Source of the DNA: a virus
DNA: 64,000 nt
IMG/VR virus record: IMGVR_UViG_3300023442_000001
Coordinates: 7,299 to 71,298 of that record
Reading direction: 5' to 3' (one strand)
Made by a program: the position numbers and the translations under genes. This document shows positions 48,115-57,088 of this stretch, piece by piece (within the stretch, counting starts at the first letter, position 1; the number at the start of each line of letters is the position of its first letter). The notes beneath the pieces are model-generated. The model saw nothing but the letters and a program-made list of their open reading frames with translations. It searched no databases and was not told the DNA's origin.

Positions 48115-49782
48115 TTAAAAATCTCTCCCGTTAAAAAATCCAAATAAATCCATAGCATTATCATTTATTTGTTTACTATCTGAGATAAATTGATTTTGTT
48201 GCTCTATAATTTCGTTAATGTTTAAGGGGTCTATCGTATTTTCGTAGTTATTATTTAATACATTTGAAATTTCAGATAAAACTTCTTTATTGTTTTTTAT
48301 ATAAAGTGAAAATGTACTTGAACAATATTTTCGAACATAAAATACAAATGCAGCCGTCAATGCGATGTCATCTTTTAATCCAGGCCCTGCTTCAACTCTC
48401 CCATTCTTTTTCTGTTCTAATCCTACAAGTTGTAATGCTAATCTTTCTGATTTAATTATTTCAGGAAATTCAGATACATAACTATAAAGAGCTTCTATCA
48501 TTAATGGACGGGTTTTCGGATTTGTATTTACTCCAGGATAAAACTTACCATTTCGTTCTTCTTTGAAAATATTGTAATTATAATTAACATCACGGCCTAA
48601 AGTTTCAATTATTTGATTTCCATATGAATTAGATTCTATTATAAGAATATTATTTGGAAATATTTGATTAACATATCGTATTACTTCAATAAATTCAAAA
48701 ACTTCGCTTTTACATTCAAAATCAGCTATTTGGTTAACAGTTTCATAATCCCAAACGCTTATGGCAGAATTATCATTTCCATGAGGGGATGCGGTATCGA
48801 TTCCAATTAAATAAAAATTCTTTTTATCAGGTTTTTCAAATATCCACAATTCTCCTGTTTTGATTCTTGTTTTGATTATAGGGGAACAGCAATTATTTTG
48901 AAGCGTTCGACATATATCGGTATCAAAAAACGATCCACCCCCAGGTAAGAATTTTAATTCTAATTCTTGGTCAATTTTATCTTGATTATATTGAAATAAT
49001 CTTTTTTGGTTTTCATACCATTCTGGATCATTTGCTAATTCAGGAATATCACTCCAATGAATTCTAAACGGAGTAAATATATCGTTTTCTTGTAACGCTG
49101 CCATATATCGTTCGTAAAACCATTTACCAACGCCCTCAACTTTGTTTGGAGTTGATAGAATAACGGTTCCATAAGGAATTCCTTTCATTCTTGCGTTCTT
49201 TTGACTTGTGGCTAGAGCTGGAACAATTGCTGTCCATGCTGTATCGATATGTTTGATAAATGCTGCCTCATCTATCACTAAAAATGTAATTGATTTACCG
49301 CGTAATGTTTTTTCTGGAGCATTCGGATTAACAGGCGAGGCGAATACTTTACTCCCGTTTGTCAGAATGAATGATTGTTCTGTTTTCTTAGCAAACCCTT
49401 TACCTGAAACTCCACCAGATGGCTTCATCCAAGAAGGAAGTTTTTCAATCATTCCACGTATATCACGAGAAAAGTCCGTGGCTTCTTTTGCATCTTTTGA
49501 GATAATTCCGATGACAACATTATCGTAGAAAATAACCAACCAGGCACATAAAGCTTTTGTAATTGTTGAAATACCAATTTGTCTTGATTTGAGAACGATA
49601 ACGTGATGTCTATTTAAAATTGTGTTTACTAATTCATTTTGGACATCATATGGTTTAAAGTAAACGTCCCCACCAGGCAATTCAATTTTAATATAATTTG
49701 AACAAAAAAAATCAAAATTATTTTTACATAAAAGATATTCTGATAGATAGTCTTCTAATTTGTCTTTTTTAGTACGAGACAT
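48115..49782 (-). CDS. terL: terminase large subunit
   Basis: KSRQIGIST Walker A, LVIDEAAF Walker B, LSTP, QELE, GIDTA and DDIA nuclease motifs. Confidence 0.95.
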   Translation of the reverse strand: MSRTKKDKLEDYLSEYLLCKNNFDFFCSNYIKIELPGGDVYFKPYDVQNELVNTILNRHHVIVLKSRQIGISTITKALCAWLVIFYDNVVIGIISKDAKEATDFSRDIRGMIEKLPSWMKPSGGVSGKGFAKKTEQSFILTNGSKVFASPVNPNAPEKTLRGKSITFLVIDEAAFIKHIDTAWTAIVPALATSQKNARMKGIPYGTVILSTPNKVEGVGKWFYERYMAALQENDIFTPFRIHWSDIPELANDPEWYENQKRLFQYNQDKIDQELELKFLPGGGSFFDTDICRTLQNNCCSPIIKTRIKTGELWIFEKPDKKNFYLIGIDTASPHGNDNSAISVWDYETVNQIADFECKSEVFEFIEVIRYVNQIFPNNILIIESNSYGNQIIETLGRDVNYNYNIFKEERNGKFYPGVNTNPKTRPLMIEALYSYVSEFPEIIKSERLALQLVGLEQKKNGRVEAGPGLKDDIALTAAFVFYVRKYCSSTFSLYIKNNKEVLSEISNVLNNNYENTIDPLNINEIIEQQNQFISDSKQINDNAMDLFGFFNGRDF

Positions 49783-50999
49783 TAATAAACCCTCATTGTC
49801 CGCGCTCCTAACATTTCAACATCCATAACCCAAATCTGATCATATCTAAAACTGTAATTGACCCCGAAACAAATATATTTTCCATATAAATCTTTATATT
49901 TTTCAGATGTAAAATCTAAAATAAAAGCATTCCCAACTTGTTTAAAATCAGATAATTTATACCCTCGTGAAATATGAAAGCTGACCATGCTCAGATTAGC
50001 GATTTGTTTTAATAATTTAAAATCTATAAAATCATCAGTACCTAACTGTGTACCGGTTGTATATGTTCCTGTGGTATTTTTAATTTCATCTAAAATAAAT
50101 AAATTATTATTTTGATGTTTCAACCCATATTCATTAATTAATTCTTCTATAGAATATGTTTTAATCTCATATAAATTATCTTTAGGTGATATAATATATT
50201 TTTGATTAAATGTTAGACTTCCAATTAACGAATTTAAATTATATGAAGATTTAACATCGCTTGTGATGATATATTGATTATCTGTTAAGGATTCTATCCG
50301 ATTTAAATTTTGTTGATCATCGACGGATAATTGTGTGGCTATAAATATTTCTCTGGAGTTAAATCTTTGAGTTAAATTATATAGACTTAATTTTCCAGTT
50401 TCATCAGAAAAAAATGCAGAAATTCCTTCAAATATTCCATATACATCTTTTAGATATTTTAAGTGATTAATACATGAAGATGGGGGTAATAAAAATTGTT
50501 TAAAATGAAGATTTCGTATTCTGTCAGAATCAAGTTCAAAACCAGCTATATTTATAATATCTTGAATAATATTTTCTAACATAACATCATGATAAACTTT
50601 ATTGATAATTTTTTTATATTTAATAAATGGGTCAAGAGGAACAGATGTAATAATAAATGGGACATAATCTTTTTGGCTTTGTTCATCGCCAACTAATTTA
50701 CTGCCTATTGGCATCGGAAATTTACTTTCGAGATGAATAAGACGAAATGATAATTCATCTATAGTTGTTTGATCTTCGCTTGATAATTGTTCAATTTTTA
50801 AATCTATACGTTTGTCTCCATATATTTGATCTAATAAAATAGAATCTGGGGGTAATAAAAATTTGAGTTCTATAATAGGATAGATTGTTGATAAATTATA
50901 CGAAATATTACATCCAACCAAATCACCCGAATAATCTTCTCCGCCAATGAATACTTTAATATCAAATTCATTACGCGGAGTTAATGGTTTAACAGACAT
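49782..50999 (-). CDS. putative baseplate hub protein (gp27-like)
   Basis: Size, beta-rich termini (GKYIC.GV.Y.F) and late-gene context; family assignment tentative. Confidence 0.45.
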   Translation of the reverse strand: MSVKPLTPRNEFDIKVFIGGEDYSGDLVGCNISYNLSTIYPIIELKFLLPPDSILLDQIYGDKRIDLKIEQLSSEDQTTIDELSFRLIHLESKFPMPIGSKLVGDEQSQKDYVPFIITSVPLDPFIKYKKIINKVYHDVMLENIIQDIINIAGFELDSDRIRNLHFKQFLLPPSSCINHLKYLKDVYGIFEGISAFFSDETGKLSLYNLTQRFNSREIFIATQLSVDDQQNLNRIESLTDNQYIITSDVKSSYNLNSLIGSLTFNQKYIISPKDNLYEIKTYSIEELINEYGLKHQNNNLFILDEIKNTTGTYTTGTQLGTDDFIDFKLLKQIANLSMVSFHISRGYKLSDFKQVGNAFILDFTSEKYKDLYGKYICFGVNYSFRYDQIWVMDVEMLGARTMRVY

Positions 51000-51047
51000 C
51001 TAAATCTCCTTTTTATTATTTAAAAATTATGTCGCACTCTCCCATGA

Positions 51048-51058
51048 TTTGTTCTCAC
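51048..51058 (-). promoter_or_regulatory. candidate late promoter GTGAGAACAAA (copy 8, minus strand)
   Basis: TTTGTTCTCACCCCCC on the plus strand, oriented toward the hub/terminase operon. Confidence 0.75.
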
Positions 51059-51092
51059 CCCCCATTTCTCCATAAAAATTAATAATTTAGAC

Positions 51093-51129
51093 AAAAAAAT
51101 AGGGGATGGAGAGATTTTCTCTCCATCCC
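51093..51129 (-). terminator. intrinsic terminator ending the RNAP-containing gene run
   Basis: GGGATGGAGAGA/TCTCTCCATCCC stem with a U-tract on the minus strand. Confidence 0.85.
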
Positions 51130-51148
51130 ACCAGAAGGAGGGAGGGAA

Positions 51149-52033
51149 TTATCTGATGAGTTCTGCCATTTCTGTCGGGATAATTAGAACAGTTTCGGCA
51201 AGGTTTTCCATCATTTTTTTAACATTAAGACTACGCACATTTGTTGCGTATTTTGCAATCAAAAGAAACATATCCCATGCACTCAGACTTCCTTTAGAAT
51301 TCATAATATTTTGCATTTCGTCTGTTATTTGTGCAGATCTCCGTTTCCCAAATTCCTCTAACATAGCTACCGTATTTGTAATATCATCTTCGGTGTATTT
51401 TTTATTTATCGAAGATTCGATAATAGAATTAATCGATGTATTAAAACGTTCCATATAATTAGATACTACGGAAACACTAAATGTTTTGGCTCCCCGACTA
51501 TGAATTTGTCGGAAACGACCAAAAATAGATCCTTTAGGAAGACGGACAGAATAATAATTATTCCCACTATAAATAGATAATCCAAATTGGAGGCTTTTAG
51601 CAAACCGTCCGTCATAAGAATTCATTACCGTAATCATAGGGAAAATATCATCTTGTTCTGGACTCTGTGTAGGATTCCCTAAAACATATTCAGCCATCAT
51701 AAAAGAAAAATATGCTCCCATTTCAATTCGTTCTTCTTTGATATTGATATCACCTTCTTGAAGCATATGAATAATTTCATTTCGAATCTTATCATTGCCT
51801 TCAAATTTATAATGCCGAGATACAAATGAAATAAAAACTTGATCATCTAGAGCTTCTTCTGGTTTTCCTGTAAAAACCGCTAGACAATTAATGCGGTCAT
51901 CTCGATCCGTTTTTACTTTTCGATATGATACAGATCCTGTTCGATCTGTATAATAAAATGTTCCTCTATCAGAATTTGTAAACCCTAAATCTCGCCAACA
52001 TTCTTCAATGTAGCTTCGAGTTTCTTCAGACAT
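51149..52033 (-). CDS. DUF932-like protein
   Basis: VS..YK...N, NSYDG and H..G motifs, plus SAWDMF. Confidence 0.5.
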   Translation of the reverse strand: MSEETRSYIEECWRDLGFTNSDRGTFYYTDRTGSVSYRKVKTDRDDRINCLAVFTGKPEEALDDQVFISFVSRHYKFEGNDKIRNEIIHMLQEGDINIKEERIEMGAYFSFMMAEYVLGNPTQSPEQDDIFPMITVMNSYDGRFAKSLQFGLSIYSGNNYYSVRLPKGSIFGRFRQIHSRGAKTFSVSVVSNYMERFNTSINSIIESSINKKYTEDDITNTVAMLEEFGKRRSAQITDEMQNIMNSKGSLSAWDMFLLIAKYATNVRSLNVKKMMENLAETVLIIPTEMAELIR

Positions 52034-52035
52034 GT

Positions 52036-52596
52036 TTAAATCCTTTCCGCCTCAAAATAAATGTACCAGTCTCGATTATCCATTCGGAAATGTTTAGCTA
52101 ATGCGGTTACTTTAAAATATTTCTCACGTTCAATATAATATTTTACTAATTTTTCTGTCCAAACAGATTGGTGAGGGTCATTTTTCGTATTAAAGATTTC
52201 AGTATGAATTTTTAATAATTGAACATGATAGTGGGTTGAATCCTGAGTATATAAATTTAAAGATTTAGTAACTTCTTCGAAATCAGGCACTACACCAATT
52301 AATTTCCCGCCTTTAGGCATTACACGATATATACAGTAGAGTAAATAAAATAAAGAATTATCGATTGGAGAAAAATGTTCTAAAATACGATAAGCGTGTA
52401 CATAATCAATTTGAAGTGAACATCCTTCTAAGAATTTAAGAATATCGGTATTTAAATAAATAACATTAGCGTGCATTGTTTTTTCTGGATAATTTCGATC
52501 AACCAGAATAATTTCATCGAATCCGCCACTATAAAATGGAATATTATTAAAATCAATTCCTGGTCCTGCGCCTAAGATAGCATGACGGTTAGCCAT
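52036..52596 (-). CDS. class I SAM-dependent methyltransferase
   Basis: LGAG motif I, RILEHF, and RVMPKGGKL..VVPD. Confidence 0.8.
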   Translation of the reverse strand: MANRHAILGAGPGIDFNNIPFYSGGFDEIILVDRNYPEKTMHANVIYLNTDILKFLEGCSLQIDYVHAYRILEHFSPIDNSLFYLLYCIYRVMPKGGKLIGVVPDFEEVTKSLNLYTQDSTHYHVQLLKIHTEIFNTKNDPHQSVWTEKLVKYYIEREKYFKVTALAKHFRMDNRDWYIYFEAERI

Positions 52597-53336
52597 TATT
52601 TTAACTCCAAGAAAAATGAAGACAATGCTTTCGTAAATGGATAGAGATAAATATTTAGATATGAATGTTTATCTATTTCATTAACATCGATAAGAGATTT
52701 TACAGAGCTATCTATATCAATCTTTCCTAATTTTTTAATATAAATAAAACTTCCCTTTTTAGATTTTCTTGGGATTATGAAATCATCTATATTTTGAGAT
52801 GATAAGATCTCTTCTTTAATGCGTTTACAAGTTAAGAATAAACCTCGAATATTAATAAAATTAATTTCATCTAATAATTTTTTTAAATATTTTTCCATAC
52901 CAGAATAAAAATTTGAAAGTCCTTTAAATATATATTTTTGATCTTCGGATTTGCCAATAAAAGATTTTCTATTATATGAAATAATAAATTTTGTATAATG
53001 TGCATCCAATCTTAATGGGAGTGAGAAATTCATTTTTTTTAATGGCTTTGTAGTAAAGAAGCCATCAAATTGTCTGATTATTATATCATTTTCTGTAAGT
53101 TCATTTTCGAATATAATTCGATCAATAGTTTTGATTGTTATATTTCTAATTAAATTTGAAATGTGAGGGTTTTCTCGTTCTATCAAACCAATTTTAATTA
53201 CACGTTCTTGTTTGTTTTCTAACGGGATATCTGAAACATCATATCCTAAATTTTTTAGGACATGATATGCACATGCACTTATATCATAAGAATATAAAGA
53301 ATCATAAATTAGATCAATGTCTTGTCTGATTTTCAT
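52596..53336 (-). CDS. small divergent family-B DNA polymerase palm-like protein
   Basis: YSYDISAC (motif A-like), IRQFDGF (motif C-like) and FKG; ATG 53336 is the likely start. Confidence 0.45.
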   Translation of the reverse strand: MKIRQDIDLIYDSLYSYDISACAYHVLKNLGYDVSDIPLENKQERVIKIGLIERENPHISNLIRNITIKTIDRIIFENELTENDIIIRQFDGFFTTKPLKKMNFSLPLRLDAHYTKFIISYNRKSFIGKSEDQKYIFKGLSNFYSGMEKYLKKLLDEINFINIRGLFLTCKRIKEEILSSQNIDDFIIPRKSKKGSFIYIKKLGKIDIDSSVKSLIDVNEIDKHSYLNIYLYPFTKALSSFFLELK

Positions 53337-53348
53337 GATTGTATTCGT

Positions 53349-53385
53349 AAAAACCTCTCCCAACAATGTTTTGGGAGAGGTTTTT
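53349..53385. terminator. perfect 15-bp hairpin (terminator/attenuator)
   Basis: AAAAACCTCTCCCAA / TTGGGAGAGGTTTTT just downstream of the 53389 gene. Confidence 0.75.
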
Positions 53386-53388
53386 ATT

Positions 53389-54141
53389 TTAAATGATGTA
53401 TTCTTCCCACTTCATAATTGTATGAAGAATCTTAATGGCGTGATTGACGTCTTTAACCTTATCGTGACGCTCGTATAGCTTTGTAAATACATCAATCAAT
53501 GGAATTGATTCATTGATCAGTTTATCATAAAAATTATGAAATTCTCTAACATCCACCATAGACTCAAATGGAATGTTCCTAAGATCTGTTGTCATTTCCA
53601 CAAGCTTATATCGATCAAGATTTTTCTTAGATTTCGAAATATCCATGCGTGTTGGGATAAAAATTCCTCGATGATATGTTCCATAAAAAATTGTATGTGT
53701 AATACGCAGACCATACCAACGCATATATTCATCGTTAATTTGAAATTCGATCATATACCCATTGTTATACATTAACATTTGCGTTGGAGCAAGGTCAGGA
53801 ACCTTAATCTTGTGTGTCTTTACAACAGGATAAAGATCATCGACCGATTCATCTTGTTTCGAAGGAGCCACGAAAATAATACATTTATCTACAATAACAT
53901 GTGTTCCTTCATCGGGAATGATATTAAGAGATTTTACGGAAGTAATTTCTCGTTTATATTTTTGCCACCATTGAGACAATGATAACATCGAATATTCATT
54001 CGTCACAGGAGTCTCTTCCTGTTGTTCAGGTTCTGAAATAGTTTCTTCCTGGACTAATTTTTCTGGTTCTTGAGCTGTCGGTGGCATAGTTGGAGAAGTT
54101 TGATTATCAATTCCCTTTAAAAGATTTTGGATGTCAATCAT
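53389..54141 (-). CDS. hypothetical protein coupled to the RNAP beta gene
   Basis: ATG 54141 overlaps the end of the beta gene; disordered acidic N-terminus. Confidence 0.6.
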   Translation of the reverse strand: MIDIQNLLKGIDNQTSPTMPPTAQEPEKLVQEETISEPEQQEETPVTNEYSMLSLSQWWQKYKREITSVKSLNIIPDEGTHVIVDKCIIFVAPSKQDESVDDLYPVVKTHKIKVPDLAPTQMLMYNNGYMIEFQINDEYMRWYGLRITHTIFYGTYHRGIFIPTRMDISKSKKNLDRYKLVEMTTDLRNIPFESMVDVREFHNFYDKLINESIPLIDVFTKLYERHDKVKDVNHAIKILHTIMKWEEYII

Positions 54142-57088
54142 TTTTGTCTCCCTTGGTTGATGGTTGGTCAACGATTTCTATCCCGATTACTTTCAAATAT
54201 GAATCAAATAAATTTACAATTTCTGGTGTTTTTATTTCTTCATTTGATTCAGTTTCATTTATTAAATGTTTGACATAAGCAAAACTATCTGAACGTAAGA
54301 AAAATTCTTGTAATGTTTTAGGCATATCTAAAGCAATAAGACATGCCGCTTCCATTTCTCCAAATCTTTGACCGCCTTTATTCCTCTTTCCTCCTAATGG
54401 TTGGAGCGTCCGTTTTGAATATGGCCCAATAGATCGAGCAGCTAATTTATTTTTAGCAATATGATTTAATTTCATTATATACATATAACCTAAAGCAATA
54501 TCAAAACTTTTATTTAATTTAGGATCATAAATAGTTTCTTCAAAATCCCGCCCAACATATTCTAATGCTTTTTGAATATTTTCATATTTTGGAGATTCGA
54601 ATGGATACAGAAGTAAATAAAGATTATTTAAAAAGTCTTCGGTTATTTCTTTGATTTCTAATAATTTCTTAAAATCTGCTACCATTTTTTGATCTTTTGT
54701 TGGATCGATTAACTTAATAAAATCAAATATATATTCTTTAATCTTAAAGGATGGTTCATTATTTCTTAACATTTTTTTGGCATTTTCGCGGACATGATGA
54801 AATGCCCACCCTAAATGTAATTCAAATAATTGTCCTAAATTCATTCGGGAGATGATTCCTAATGGATTGATAATCATCTCTAATGGTTGATCGTCCTTTG
54901 TTTTAGGCATTTCTTTGTCAGGAACGATCTTGGTGATTACACCCTTTCCTCCATGTCGATTTGCTAGCTTATCTCCCAAACTAATATAATCCTTATAAAT
55001 AAGATTAAATTTAAATAACACACCATTAATCTTTTCGCCTTTATATTTTAGGCGACCAATATAATCGAAAACATTAAGATTCCATTTATCACAAAGATAT
55101 TTATACTGATCTGATTTCTTTCCATATGATTGTTCAATTATTTTTTTGATTTTATTATTTCGTTCAGATTCTTTGCTAATTCTATGTTCGATAAAATTAT
55201 TAAATGCTCGGATAGTTGTATTCCATTCATTTGGATAGATATGAAGATCACCCACAAGATAAGTTTTCTTAGCTACATGTGTTATTTCATCTAATAAAAT
55301 TTTATCACTATCTTGAGCATATTTATATGGGATAGATTTAATCCTTGCATAAAAACTTCCCTGATTAATAGTTTCTAATTCTTCGTAAAGTGGTTTGTCA
55401 TTATCCAATAACAGAAGAACTTGATCTGGAGTTAGTAAAATTTCTTTTTCTTCGATATGTAGAGACGTTAATTTTTTAGCAGCCGACTCGGAAATTACAA
55501 TTCCGTCTTCATAATTATAACCATTAATCATAATTCCTGTTAAAAGATTTTTTCCAAACATTAAAATATCATTATAATAATGAGAATACGCTAAGATATC
55601 TCCCTTATTAAATTTTCCATTGTCGATAAGGTCCGGATTTACATAAAATAAAGATAAATTGTCTTGAATATTGATTGGACCGATTCGAATAATATCAACT
55701 TCACCATTTTTATATGCCACAATGAGCATACTCATTTCATCTAAATAAACGACTTCACCATCATCTTTAGCGACTTTCACTGTTTCCGATTCGACCAAAA
55801 ATTCTTTCTGTGCTTTTGTAGCGATTAATGGTCTTTCGAATTCTTCTAAAGGAATAGCTTGCCGCATCTGTGATGCAGCCATTTGTAATCGAGTTTGGTC
55901 GTTATGTTCAATAAATGGAGTTAATAACGGAATTGTAACAATATTTGTTTCTTCATTAATTTCTTCTGAAAATCGTCCCGTTTCATCTAATTTACAATTT
56001 GGAATTAAACTTTGAATAATTCCACAATTATCTCTATCAGGTGTATCTACAGGATCTATACGACCATACATCGAATCATGTAAATCTCTAAATTTTGGTG
56101 GTATATTATCCCTATTAAATGAATTAGGTCCAATTAATGTACTTCGGACTTTTTTTGTTAGAAAATCAATTGGGTTAATAGAGAAATCATATTGAATGAC
56201 ATTACTCTGATTACAATGACTTAAAAGAATTTGTTTATTGATTTTAAATCGTGGTTTATGTCTCCTATTATGCAGCGCAAATTCAAATAATTTTGAAATA
56301 ATTATAGGTAAAAATGATTCTGATTGAACTCGTTTATTACGATAATCCAAATCGTCAATAAAAATATTATTTTCTAAAATATGCATAAATTCATCTACAA
56401 TATTATCTGTATGTAAAAATTGAGAATTGATAATATCTATTTTAGGGGCTAAATTTAAAGCATATAAAAAGTCATCCCCTTTATTATATACATCTGTTTC
56501 CGAAATATAAGATCCAATTTCCCTAATCAAATCTGAATCATCCATCTCAGATGATTCTTCAGCTATTAATTGAAGTTCTTCTAAAAATGAATTATACAAA
56601 TTATGTGCGTTTTCATTGGGTTTAAATGAAAAAGATCGATCCCTTAGAAAATAATAAAATATTAAGGATGCAGGACAATACTTTCCTAAAAAGTTAATAT
56701 AAAAATGAAAAGGTGTATCTGACTTATCTCTGTAAAGGAAAGTAATTGAGGCCATATTAAATTTTATTGTAATAAAATCTTCTGTAATTCTAAATGGAAT
56801 GTCTAATATTTGAAAATAAGGGATCTTTTTATATCCATTGATAATAAAATGATCATCATCTAAAATTGGGATATTTAAACTTAAATCTATCGTTTTCGTT
56901 CCTTTACGAAAAATAATTGTAATTTTATTTTTCAGAGTTTTATCAATGATATTTTTTTCAGGAGAAAATGTTACATTAAATTCTTCTAACTCAAAATCTG
57001 TTTCATTTTGAACTATTTCTAAACAGGTTTTAAGTTTATTATAAAAATCAGAATATTCTTTACGCCGATATTCAAAAATGTTATTCAC
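54134..57088 (-). CDS. rpoB: phage DNA-directed RNA polymerase beta subunit
   Basis: YGRIDPVDTPD...G, QMRQA.PL, GYNYEDGIVISE, GDKLANRHGGKGVI, SRMNLGQ and GGQRFGEME motifs. Confidence 0.96.
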   Translation of the reverse strand: MNNIFEYRRKEYSDFYNKLKTCLEIVQNETDFELEEFNVTFSPEKNIIDKTLKNKITIIFRKGTKTIDLSLNIPILDDDHFIINGYKKIPYFQILDIPFRITEDFITIKFNMASITFLYRDKSDTPFHFYINFLGKYCPASLIFYYFLRDRSFSFKPNENAHNLYNSFLEELQLIAEESSEMDDSDLIREIGSYISETDVYNKGDDFLYALNLAPKIDIINSQFLHTDNIVDEFMHILENNIFIDDLDYRNKRVQSESFLPIIISKLFEFALHNRRHKPRFKINKQILLSHCNQSNVIQYDFSINPIDFLTKKVRSTLIGPNSFNRDNIPPKFRDLHDSMYGRIDPVDTPDRDNCGIIQSLIPNCKLDETGRFSEEINEETNIVTIPLLTPFIEHNDQTRLQMAASQMRQAIPLEEFERPLIATKAQKEFLVESETVKVAKDDGEVVYLDEMSMLIVAYKNGEVDIIRIGPINIQDNLSLFYVNPDLIDNGKFNKGDILAYSHYYNDILMFGKNLLTGIMINGYNYEDGIVISESAAKKLTSLHIEEKEILLTPDQVLLLLDNDKPLYEELETINQGSFYARIKSIPYKYAQDSDKILLDEITHVAKKTYLVGDLHIYPNEWNTTIRAFNNFIEHRISKESERNNKIKKIIEQSYGKKSDQYKYLCDKWNLNVFDYIGRLKYKGEKINGVLFKFNLIYKDYISLGDKLANRHGGKGVITKIVPDKEMPKTKDDQPLEMIINPLGIISRMNLGQLFELHLGWAFHHVRENAKKMLRNNEPSFKIKEYIFDFIKLIDPTKDQKMVADFKKLLEIKEITEDFLNNLYLLLYPFESPKYENIQKALEYVGRDFEETIYDPKLNKSFDIALGYMYIMKLNHIAKNKLAARSIGPYSKRTLQPLGGKRNKGGQRFGEMEAACLIALDMPKTLQEFFLRSDSFAYVKHLINETESNEEIKTPEIVNLFDSYLKVIGIEIVDQPSTKGDKND

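Noticed and set aside
53337-53366. TTG start at 53366 for the PolB-like ORF
   Set aside because: It lies within the perfect hairpin; ATG 53336 is more plausible.
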